This document shows positions 26,457 to 38,616 of a stretch of DNA of 64,000 bases, in pieces; position 1 is the first letter of the stretch; each line of letters starts with the position of its first letter. The stretch is from contig OZ024742.1 of the NCBI GenBank assembly GCA_964016885.1, positions 302,002,001 to 302,066,000 on the forward strand, in the 5' to 3' direction. The DNA is from Eledone cirrhosa. Lineage: Eukaryota. The notes under the pieces were generated by a model, which ran no database searches, was not told where the DNA came from, and saw only the letters and a list, made by a program, of their open reading frames with translations. The translations under genes and the position numbers were made by a program.

Positions 26457-29400
26457 TACACATACAGTGTCTGTCTACCCAATTTCACAAACAAGTCATG
26501 GATTAATCTGAGGCTATGGTAGGAGACGCCCAAGATGCCACAGAGTGGGATTGAACCCAGGACGTAATTATTGTGAAGCAATCTGCTCAACCATTCAGCC
26601 ATGCATTGTCTAAACTACACCCTCATTCTATCCATATGATTTTCTTCAACTTCAACTGTCTTTTACAGTAATCCATACCTTCAAAAGTTGAACATAAGCC
26701 TGGTGTGGTTCTGTCAGCTTCATTCCATTTAGTTCAATATACCGGAACATTCCTATATCACCACATTCAGACGCTTCTTTTAGGTTACGAATAACTTCCT
26801 GTACAGTAGCAGTCTTACCAGTACCAGGTACACCAGATATATACATACACCTAGAAAATATGAATATATTGTATAATATTAGTCTGTATAGCAGATGCAC
26901 CAGATGTTATATAATGTTAGTCTGTATAGCAGATGCACCAGATGTTATATAATGTTAGTGTGTATACCAGACATACCAGATGTTGTGTAATGTTAGTGTG
27001 TGTACCAGACATATGAGATGCTGTGTAATGTTAATGTGTATACAAGATGTTGTGTAATGTTAGCATACCAGACATACCAGATGTTGCGTAATGTTAGTGT
27101 GTACCAAACTTATCAGATGTTGTGTAATGTTAGTGTACCCGACATACCAGATGTTGTGTAATGTTAGGGTATATACCATACATACCAGATGTGTACTGTT
27201 CGTGTATATCAGACACACAAAATATATTTGTACATTTACAAAACATTGTGTTTTGCATTAGTTTGGTCTGGAGCAGGAATGAGATATACATGGTTAACCC
27301 TTTGATTACAATATTTCTAATGAATGACATTGCCTATTATTTAAAAAATAATTAAGAATTTTGAAAGATTTAATAACACACTTTGACATTAAACTGATCA
27401 TTAGTTTGGTCTGGAACATACTTAAACAAAGGTTTTTACTTAAAATTATGATGGAAGGTTTTTAGATAAATATAAACTCTAAAACAAATAGTTCTTTATT
27501 ATAGAATCAGGGATGGTTTCCCATTGCACTCACTTTAGGGAATACTAGCAGTGGTACCCGGCGTTGCACGGGATAAGGTATTTTGGAACGCGGGTCGTGG
27601 AAAAACTGCATGCCTGGACAATATGTAAAGAAAATAAACCGAATACTCTGATGGCGGGATAATCTTTAAGATTTTCCTTGATGAAGCAGGAAAAATGCAG
27701 GTTTTCACCTAATGCGGGCCCTAGGGGATCAAGAAAATGAATTTTTTTTATGTGCATAATATGCCTTAAAATTTCGGGGAAATCGGCTAGACGATTTTCA
27801 CCTAATGCGGGTCCTAGCCATAAAAAAATTGGATTTTCTTTGCTCACGGTATGAAGAAGAGACTGACTAATACATAGTTACAATTTCAAGGAAATCGGTC
27901 TGATGTAACGCCTCAAAAATACCGCTAAAAAGCTGACAAAACGCAGTTTTTCACCTAATGCGGGCCCTAGGGGATCAAAAAGTTGAATTTTTATGTGCAT
28001 AACACTCCCTGAAACATAAGTAATACACATATAAAGTTTGAAAAAAATTGGTTGGGTACTTCTCGAGTTTTAGGGATTCAAACTCACAGACACACACAGA
28101 CATCCTCAGTTTTATATATATGGGGGCGGTTTTCTGCTAGTCTATATATCCAAAACAGAGAATGTCTGTCTGTCAGCTCACTAAAACTTGAGAACCATCC
28201 AACCGATTGTTTTCAAACTTTAGACATGTAATACTTATGGTCCTGTGAGTGTTTTGAGCAAAAATTATTTCAAATTTTCGATGCCCTAGGGACCGCAATA
28301 GGCGATTTAGCGTTCTCTCTATATAATTCTTAGTCTTTCTTTTTAGATAGATACATAGATATAATGTTGCGCCCTTATAATATCTGTCTGTATGTCTGGC
28401 TGTCTGCATTACGTCATTATGACACGCTCAGCGCGATTCCCTCGGCCTCAGTGACCAAAGTCAGTGGAGAGGGGAAGGTAATGTTTCTGTAGCACGTGTT
28501 TTAGCGTCTATTCACTCTCTCTCTCTCTCTCTCCCTCCCGCTATCCCCCTCTCATAGTCTGTCTCTTTCTTTAACTCTCACTCTCTCTCTACGCACGTGT
28601 TTCCACTGTTGGACAGACAGACAGAGAAATTGCTGGTTATATATATAAGTAGATTAACATGATAAACATTAAGGTTCTTACCCTCCAGTGCCATCAAGAA
28701 TTTTACTTTCCACAAATGAATAAATATCAGCAAATTCCTTTTCTCTGCATGGTAGTGACTGTGGGACTGCCGATACATGAAGTCTGGTTGGAGAGGGAAA
28801 TAAATATAAATCTGTAATATTAATATGTTTGTACATATGTAACAAGGTTAGGTAGATAAATAGAGAGAGAGAGAAAGTGAGAGAAAATGAGTGAGTGAGA
28901 GTGTGGGTTGATGGGAGGGGATGTGGGAGAGAGAGAAATTTTGATTGGAGGGAAAGTGTGTGTGAGAGAGAGAGCGAGACGTTCTGATAAGAGTAGTTTG
29001 ATGGGAGGGGAGATAAGACAAGTTTTGATGGGAGGTGAGATGAGAACTGAAAGAGAAGTATTGATGGAAAGGGAAGTGAAAAATGAAAGTAAGAGGGGCG
29101 GGAGAGAGAGAGAGAGAGGTGCTGATGGGTGGGGAAGTGAGAGAGAGAGAGAGAGAGAAAGAGGAGTTGATATGAGGGTTCAATCCCACTATGTAGCATC
29201 TTGACCAAGTGTCTTCTGTAATCTTGAATCAACTAATGTCGAGTGAATGAATTTGGTAGAGAGAAATTATGTAAAAGCCTTTTATGTGTGCATGTGTTTA
29301 TTTATATGATGATGATGATGATGATGATGATGATCTATATATATATATATATATATATAAAAGTCAGCAATAAAAAACAATACAATAATGGTATATTAAT

Positions 29401-32400
29401 CTAACACTTGCTTGACAGAGTTGTAAAAGAGTCTTAATGCCAGTTCTTCATTGAAAGAATTTACATTACTCTATATTTACAATTGTATTTTCATGGTAAA
29501 CACTTTATCTCACATAATATCGAATCTACAAGATTTTGATATCATTCATTTTGAGAACAATACCTTAACATCAGTATGAGCGGCCAGTTACAGCCAGTTT
29601 GAACAGAAAGAGGTGAGAGAATTCTGGCTGGATACGGCCAGTTTAAATGCTAAAGGGTTAATGGTGATGTAAGTTTATGTGCCAAACAGAAAGCCTGTAT
29701 ACAGATCCTGATGAAGTCACTGCAGCATTAGTTAAAACTGAGTCATATATCCTAATGGGAGACTTCAAGGCACATGTAGACTCTAATCAAGATGGTTGAA
29801 TATCATCCATAAGCTCGGCTTGTCTTGCTTGGGGATAAAGAGAGATTAATTGGTGACAGTTGCTTCTGACTGGATCCACTGGATGGTGTGCTTAAGGATT
29901 CTGCCCCCATGACCTTCCCAGTAATATGTAGGCAAAGAAGGAAAAAGTAGAAGAAAAAAGAAGAGGAGGAAGGTGTAAGAAGAAATAATGTTTTATGAAA
30001 AGAATAAAAGAGGAACAAAGCAAAATGACTAGAAAAACATGCATGAATAGTGCCCTAAATTTTCCAAATCTGAATACAAAATAACCCAATTTTATCAGAT
30101 GTTTTAATCTTTCATTGCTGTATTCTTCATGATCTACTCAGTATTTGTGCCAGTTAATGAAGAATTTGAAGGGATTTACTAAAATCATTAATTATTTCAT
30201 TATTAAGGTTGTATTGTAATAAAATTTAACAAAAGGTTCTTCTATGAAGTTTTGTTGAGAGATTTTAATCTAAATAAGAATCCTTTCAAATAAGTGGTTC
30301 TGTTTCATAGATCTAGAGATGGTTTTAGATGGGTTGGTATCAAAATGATTAAAATAAAATGTGACATACCTGCCTTGGGCCAATTCAAAAACATCCTTAG
30401 ATATAGTCATTGGTTTCACTCTTTCAGGGACACAAGGAGTTCTTATTTTCTATTAAAAACAAAACACAATCCATTTAAAACTAATCAAGTTACTGTCATT
30501 TGTCTTCTGATTAAAATTTTTTATTTTTTTATTTAAAAATGTTGACATTCAAACACAGAAGTGTTAGAAAATCAGGTAAAACACCCTTATTTTCTGTCCA
30601 TAAGAGTATTTTCCCCAATTTTTCAACACTATTATCATTGTAGCGATTCTGTATTTGCATATCAACATTTTCAAATTTCAAATCATCCAAAAATTTCTAT
30701 AGATCATAAACTTTTTTTTATTTTTCTTCTAAAAATAGAACATATTTTTTCTTTAATTTCTACAAATTTCTCCACGACAAGATTTCACAATCAACAACAT
30801 ATTTTCTCTATAATTCTACAAATCTCTCCACGACAAGATTACACAATTTGTATTACACAAGATTACACAATTTGTAACATCATTTTTAAGGTGGATAATG
30901 ATGAGCATGCAAATCAAGGTCAGATTATCCAACACGTTCACCTGTATGGTGTCATCATGTTTGAGAGTTTAACTCAGGCATGCGCGATATTTTTTGAGCA
31001 GTGGGCAACATAGAATGTCGCTCATCATAAGGCAGGCCGCACTGTTAAAACATCTAAGATAATTTTGAAATTAGGCTTGTCATTCAGAAAGCCAAATGGG
31101 GAACAGACATCCCATGACTGGTTTAACTAATGACTCTCAACATGTGATTAGTAGTCCTTATATTGAAGTAGCCATGGCCAAATCGCAATTGTGTTTTACG
31201 AAATGTTTTACTTAAATTATTAAAATCCACACAATGTGTTCCGTCCGTTCAAAGGGAAATAACTGCTTTTAAGAAATTACTTTTGAAAGGGAGGTAACTA
31301 GAAATAGAGGTAGGAAAGAACTTTTTGTATTAGCGTATGTTGTGTATGTCTGACTGCGAAAAAAATCAAGATGCAAAACGATATTTGATAACTACGTATA
31401 AATAACATGGCAGAAAAAGTACTAATTTATGGAAGAAATTACATACATAAATAAATATGACATTTTAAAAATAAAAACGCTGTATAAAACTGTCGTGTGT
31501 GTTGAATATTAGATTATCGTCTTCATAGCGAAGTAGAGTAGCGTGTAATACAGAGTAGGGAAGTATGTCCTAACGCAAATGATCAAAATAAATAATAGTT
31601 GAGAAAATCAAATTAAATACCCCAGGAGATAGAAAAAGTAGATAGAAGTGCCTCTGTGAAGAATTGAACCCTACATCTCACAGATGTTGGATAATTGTAT
31701 TGTATTTGTCTATACTTCTAGCTACAGACTTAAAATCTTCTAAAACGCCAGAATTAGTGTCCTGTGGCCTTTTAGTATAGTGATTAACACACTCACCTAG
31801 CACCCGAGAGATGAAAGTTCGATTCCTTACATGTGCTTCTGTTCACGTTAACCATCTGTGGTGCTTTATCTGATTTTCTCAATTATTGTTATGATAATTT
31901 GCGTTGGGACATACTTCCCTGCTCTCTGTAACTTGCTACTCTATACTTCACTATGAAATAGTGGTCAATTATTATCATGTTTATTTGTGCTGGGATGACT
32001 AAATTTCAAACAAAACTATCCCAATACATAACTTAAAATTTCCATACCTTGTTACTTCTGGTAGACGTAGGAGTTTTGGGTTTGCTAGGTATTTTCTTTA
32101 CAGAAGATCGGACGGTCTTTTTTCCTTTTACAAAATCATCATCATCACTAAAACTGCTTTCATTTTCAGAACTGTAAATACTATCATCATCATCAGAAGA
32201 AGATGACGACAAAATGACTGATTTCGACTTCTTGGTTACTTTCCCATTGAGAGAAGATTTCTTTATTGATGATGATTGTTTCACTACCTTGGGACTAGCT
32301 GTTTCCTCCTCCTCTTCTGCATTATATTTTGAGACCAGCTTCCTTTTCCTCAAAGACTTACGCAATGCACTACCATCAGATTGAGCCTCAGGTCTGACAG

Positions 32401-35400
32401 CCACTAAATTCTTATCAAATTCTTTAGATTTTACTTTATCCTTTGATATGCTGTTATTTGGTGTTTTAGTTTCAGCTTTGACCTTTAAAGATCTATTATT
32501 GTTTTGGTCAGTTCCTCTAAGCTTCCTCTTCTCAACAGAAGGGATTTTTCCTAGTCCAGACATCTCTGAATCTATAGAGTCGAAACTGGACACACTATCT
32601 GAATCAGAACTCTCCTCTTCCGAACTTACTTCATCCAAAAGATTAGCAACATCAGACGATACTACCTTCCTCCTAAACATAAATTTAAATAAAATACATA
32701 GAAGATAATCACAATAATGCAGTTAGTAAAACGAAAATTTTGACAGCAGGAAATAAATGATAACTATAAAGTAAAATTAAGTGATTTTGTTTGTTTTTTT
32801 AATTGGCAAAAATGACTTTTCCAAGTAGTTGTTGTTTTAGTTTTAACACAATTTCAGATCATGTTACTTGCCAGACAAGTACAACAATGAGATAAAGACG
32901 ATGGTGATGACACATTAGTTATAAAAATCTATATCAAATATATAGAGACATCATCATTGTTAGCAAATTACTTCATCTTCATTAGCAAATGACTTCATTA
33001 TTGTTAGCAGTGGATTGGCAGTATCAGTAGAGGGTCAGACACCATGCTTTGCAGCAAAGAGTTACGGCCCTTTATGATCTGAGTTCAAATCCCGCCGAGG
33101 TTAACTTTGCCTTTTTCATCCTTACGGGGTCATCATCATCATCATCATCATCATCAACGTTTAACGTCCGTGTTCCACGCTTGCATGGGTTTGGACGGGG
33201 GTAGTCCCACTTGAGGCAAGAGTGATTGTCTTGCTCGCATAGGACTGTCTGGCAGGTTTTCTACAGTTGGATGCCCTTCCTAACACCAACCACATTTACA
33301 GTGTGGGTCTGGGAGGTTTTTACCGTGTTGCCTACACGGCCACATTACAGCGTGGACTGTGTGTTTTTTTGTCGTGACACCTACACGATCTCATTTGTTT
33401 CGGCCTCGATGGCGCGGCACCAACATAACTTTACATAGAACGGGGTGGTGTGGATGGGGTGGGGGTGGTGGTGGTGGGACGGGGTGTATTTTGTTAGAGA
33501 TGCCTACTGGCTGGAGTAGGTTTTACTATATATTTAGGTAAGGCGGGTCTTCTCTGTTGCTGAGTACCGCCAAAGGTCTCGGTCCAGTGACATTGTCTTG
33601 GAGAGGTGTAAGTGTGTGATGTCGGAGTTTATCAGCTTGTCCCAGGTTTTTCTAGGTCTGCCTATTCCGTGACTACCGTCTATCTTTATTGCCCTGCACT
33701 TTGTTATACAGCTATCGACTTTCATGCGCATCACGTGTCCATACCAACGTAGCCTTCTCTCGAGTAAACAACATCTGATCCCTCTTATCTCTAATTTTTT
33801 CCTTAGTTCGTTTATGCTTTGCCGTTCACGTATATTACTGTTACACATCCAGCGGAGCATGCAAGCTTCGTTCCTCTCTAGTCTGCGTATATCCTCTGCA
33901 CACAATGCCCAGGTCTCACTGCCATGCAGCATTGCTGTTCGTATGCAGGCATCGTACAACCTGCCTTTCATTTTTAGTGAGAACCCTTTAGCAGCTAATA
34001 GTGGTATAAGCTCTCTGAACTTTTTCCAACCAGTTCTGACTCTAGCTACAGTACTTTCAGAGCACCCTCCCCCACTGCTGATTTTATCGCCCAGGTAACG
34101 GAAGCTGTCCACTATTTCTATAGAACCCTCTGCGCAATTGAAAGAGCTAGTATTTTGTGGGCACTTGCTGCTACTTATTGCACCAGAGCACCGGCCACAT
34201 GTAAAATCTATGTTCTTAGTTAGCTTACCTGTGATCCCACTACATCTTTTATGCACCCATACTTTGCATTTAGGACATAAAATGGAGTTTCTACCTACGC
34301 CTTTCCTACACACCGAGCACGACCATTTCCCAGAAGGGACCGCCGCCTTGTTTTCTTTCCTACAAACTAGTACTTTGGTCTTAGCCAGGTTAATTTTAAG
34401 TCCTTTTGACTCTAGGCCGTGCTTCCATGTTTGGAATTTCTTCTCTAGCTCGGCCATTGATTCCGCTATGAGTGTCAGGTCGTCTGCGTATAGGAGTTCC
34501 CATGGGCAGCCTGTCTTGAACTCCTCTGTTATAGCCTGAAGGGCAATAATAAATAGTAGTGGGCTGAGAACAGAGCCCTGATGGACGCCAACTTTTACGC
34601 TAAACTCTTCACTATATTCGTTATTAATTAAAACCTTGCTGACTGTTTCTTTATACATGGCTTGTATAGCCCTCACAAGCCATTCATCAACACCTAGTTT
34701 TCTAAGAGCCCACCAGATAATGGAGCGGGGGACTCTGTCGAAGGCTTTCTCCAAGTCGACAAAAGCTAAGTAGAGGGGTTTACCTTTAGCTAGGTACTTC
34801 TCCTGTAGTTGTCGTACTATGAAAAGAGCGTCTGTGGTACTTTTGCCTGACACAAACCCGAACTGCATTTCATCTAGGTCAATTCTCTCTCTGATTAGTT
34901 GCGCTATTACTTTTTCCGTGACCTTCATGACCTGGTCGATTAATTTAATGCCTCTATAGTTACTCCTATCTAGGGCGTCTCCTTTACCCTTATAACAGTT
35001 AACGATGATGCTGCTATGCCAGTCCTTCGGAACAACCCCATTCTGTACGACTTGGTTAACTATGCGGGTGACCATGGTGTGTCCCACCGTGCCAGATGCC
35101 TTCAGCATCTCAGCAACTATTTCCGAAGGCCCAGCCGCCTTACCCGTCTTCATATCCTTGATTGCCTTACTTATTATACTCCCCTCGACTAACACTGCTG
35201 GTCCCTCTATTGGGTCGATATGGGGGAGACTGTCTTTCTCCCATTTATTCTCCTCATTTAGTAGCCTTTCATAGTGACACTTCCAAGCTACCTTCTTATC
35301 AGCATCGGTGATGGCAAGTGTGCCATCGTCGTTTAGTACACACTTCTCCCCGACAATATCACGGTTTTCCTTGACGCATTGCCTAGCAATCCTGAACACC

Positions 35401-37664
35401 TCACGTTTTTGGTCATCGCGTTGTAGAACATGCTTGAACTTTCTTTCCTCAGCTTCCCTTCTTGCTAAGTACACTTGTCTCCTAGCTTCCCTCCTGGCCA
35501 CTTGATAGTCTTCTCTACTTCCTCCATCCCGCCATACTTTCCAAGCCTGCTTTTTGGCCTTAATTGACCGCTCCACCTTACTGTTCCACCACCATGTTAC
35601 TCTCCTCCTGCCTACAGGCCTGCTCCAGCCACAGACTTCGTCTGTCGCCAACAGCAGGTTTGCTTTCAGAAATTCCCACTCTCCCTCTATATTGTCCGAC
35701 TCTAAATGTTCTTCCTTACTGTCGAAAGCATCAAGTAATATGCTTTGAAATTTATTCCTGGCTGTGGGGTCCTTTAGCTTCCATATTTTTCTCCTGAGGA
35801 TAGTCCTCTTCTGCTGTCGAGTACGTCTCGTCCTGACTATGAGGTCGCTAATTATCAGTCTATGTTGGGAGGTGCATTCTTCATGGGGGAGGGATTTAGT
35901 GTTTACAACAGACACTCTGTCACGTCTTCTGGTAAGGATATAATCTACCTGGCTTGTGTGTTCCCCGGATCTATAGGTGATCAGGTGATTGTCACGTTTT
36001 TTGAAGTTAGTGTTACAGATAGTTAGGTTATTTGCATCACAGAATTCCAGGATTCTGGAGCCTTCCTCATTTCTAGTACCAAACCCATGGCCTCCATGGA
36101 TTTCGTCGTAGCCGTCACAATGTTGTCCAACGTGACCATTTAGGTCGCCTGCGATAATTATATAGTCACTGTCGGATATTTGGGAGGTAGTTAGCATCAG
36201 TGTCTCATAGAATCTGTCTTTTATAGTGCCGGGCAGTCCGGATTGGGGTGCGTACGCAGATATTACTGTCACCGTAGTTCTATTGAGGACAAGTCGTATT
36301 TTAATTATTCTGTCGTTCACTCTATTTACGTCTATTATCTTATCTGCCCACTTTTCTGCTACCATGATTCCTACTCCACCCAGCCCATCGTCGTTTCCCA
36401 CCCAGAAAAGCTTATAACATCGTTTTTTACCCTCAATGAACCTAGCAGACCCACCCCTCCACCTGGTCTCTTGAATACAACAAACATCGACCTCCTTACG
36501 TTCAAGCATTTCTACAACCTCGTTAGCGCGACCCTTTAGGGTGCCTACATTTATGGTACCAACTCTGAAGTTTTGGATTGCGTTTGGGGGTTGGGGGCGG
36601 CGGGGGGCGATGGGGTTATGTTAGCCGTCCGCGGTCGAAACAATGAGGAGTGCTCGCATTCTCGTCCAAGAGGTGAATTTGTCTTTATCTTTGGCATTGT
36701 CGCTTGAGCGTCCAGATTTTTCTCTCTCTCTCCTCCACTCTCCAGGATTCCGCAGTCCATCCATCCATCATATATCGAAAGGCAACCAGGCAAGCGATAG
36801 TATAGGCCTCTGGCTTCTGATTGGTCCGCGTAATAATACTGGTGATGCGTGGGGCTCTGTTTTATGATTGGTCCACGTAATAGCAATGGTGGTGCGTGGG
36901 GGTGGGTAGCTAGATAGAAGGTAATGATTGAATGGGGTCCTTGCATTTAACAAGCGGTCGATAAAATAAAGTACCAGTAATACATTGAGATAATTGCTGG
37001 CCTTGTGCCAAAAGTAGAAACAATTATTGTTAGCAGTCAGCTCAAAAGCCAAGCAGCCAACTAACCATCCAGCCAAACAGCCAATCAACCATCCAGCCAA
37101 ACAGCCAACCATCCATCCAGACAGCCAGCCATTCAGCCAAACAACCACCATCCAGCCAACCAACCAACCACCAGCCAACCAACCAACCATCCAGCCAACC
37201 AACACCCATCCAGCCAACCAACCACCATCCATCCAGCCAACCAACCAACCAACCATCCAGCCAAACAACCACCAACCATCCAGCCAACCAACCAACCAAC
37301 CATCCAGCCAACCAACCAACCAACCAGCCTGCAAGAACTAAAAAAACCCAAACAATATTTGGTAAAATATATAGATGAACCAACCTGAGAATCAAACCAA
37401 AGGGTTTCTTCTTGATACTTTCAAATTCTTCAACCAGTCCTCGACGTACACCTTTTGTGAGGGGAGTGTGTGAGGAATTCTTCTTCTCATGGTGCTTTTT
37501 AACTGTTGATGAACCATTCTGGGAAGTTCTACTCTTTGTGCTAATTGGAGTGGTGATAAGATTTCTCTCTGGTTTTTGACTTGATCTTAACTGTCTGTTT
37601 TCTTTGGAACTTCCTGAATTCTCAGTCATGTCAGACTTAACAGAGGCATCATCATCATCGTCGC

Positions 37665-37724
<60 letters not shown>

Positions 37725-38585
37725 ACATGTCAACTACTTGGGAACATTTAAATTTTCTGGAAGCTTTTGAGTTGATTTGCTCTTCTACAAATAACCAAAC
37801 AAAATAAATCAGAAAAAGAAATAAAAGATATTAATAACAAACAATCAACTAGGATAATGAGTTTCTAGAAATGGTAGAGTGAAAACAAAATGGCTATTTG
37901 TATTCTGAGTTCAAAATCATCTGGTGTAGACTTTATACAAAGTCAAAGTTTCTGCACAGTTTGACATGGTTCACCTGACCTGGACCATTCAAAGAGTTAA
38001 CCCTTTTAGCATTTAAACCAACCGTATCCGGCCAGAATTCTCTCACCTCTTTCTGTTCAAACCGGCTGTAACTGGCCGCTCATACTGATGTTAAGGTATT
38101 GTTCTCAAAATAAATAATATCAAACTCTCATGGATTCATAATTATGTGAAATAAAGCCTTTACTGTGAAAATATAATAGTGTATATATAGAATAATGTAA
38201 TTGCTAACATGTTAAACCACACATGTCCTTCTAAACTATGTCACAACCCTTCAGGGATAAACTAACCACTGACCTGTACCAATTACTGGTATGGGGATGA
38301 CGGACGTCATCAGGCTGCAGCTGTCATATTACATAGTTTTTATATAGTAATAATCTGCATATAACTCTACACAATTAGCATAGTACTCACTCAACCAGTA
38401 CAACTCTTAGGAACTACCACTGAACCATATGTATGTAAATATACACATTTAACCATGGGAAAATTACAGGTGGGATTGATAAAGAAGTGAAATTAATCTA
38501 TATGAAGATTTTAAAGAAATATGTAATTATGCTTTTTTAGATAATGATTTCAAATTTATGCACAGGGCTAGAAATTTGTGTGTAT

Positions 38586-38616
<31 letters not shown>

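Noticed and set aside
31140-31790. Possible Helitron-like element (minus-strand start ATCACTATACTAA)
   Set aside because: The 3' hairpin and CTAG end are not convincing and there is only one copy in the window.
36768-37351. GWLV- and QPTN-rich ORFs
   Set aside because: Translations of a degenerate tetranucleotide repeat. Only 37385-37784 fits the ORC1 splice phases.
38290-38320. CTGATGA with a GATGAC/GTCATC hairpin on the minus strand
   Set aside because: No GAAA box or stem III follows, so it is not a hammerhead.
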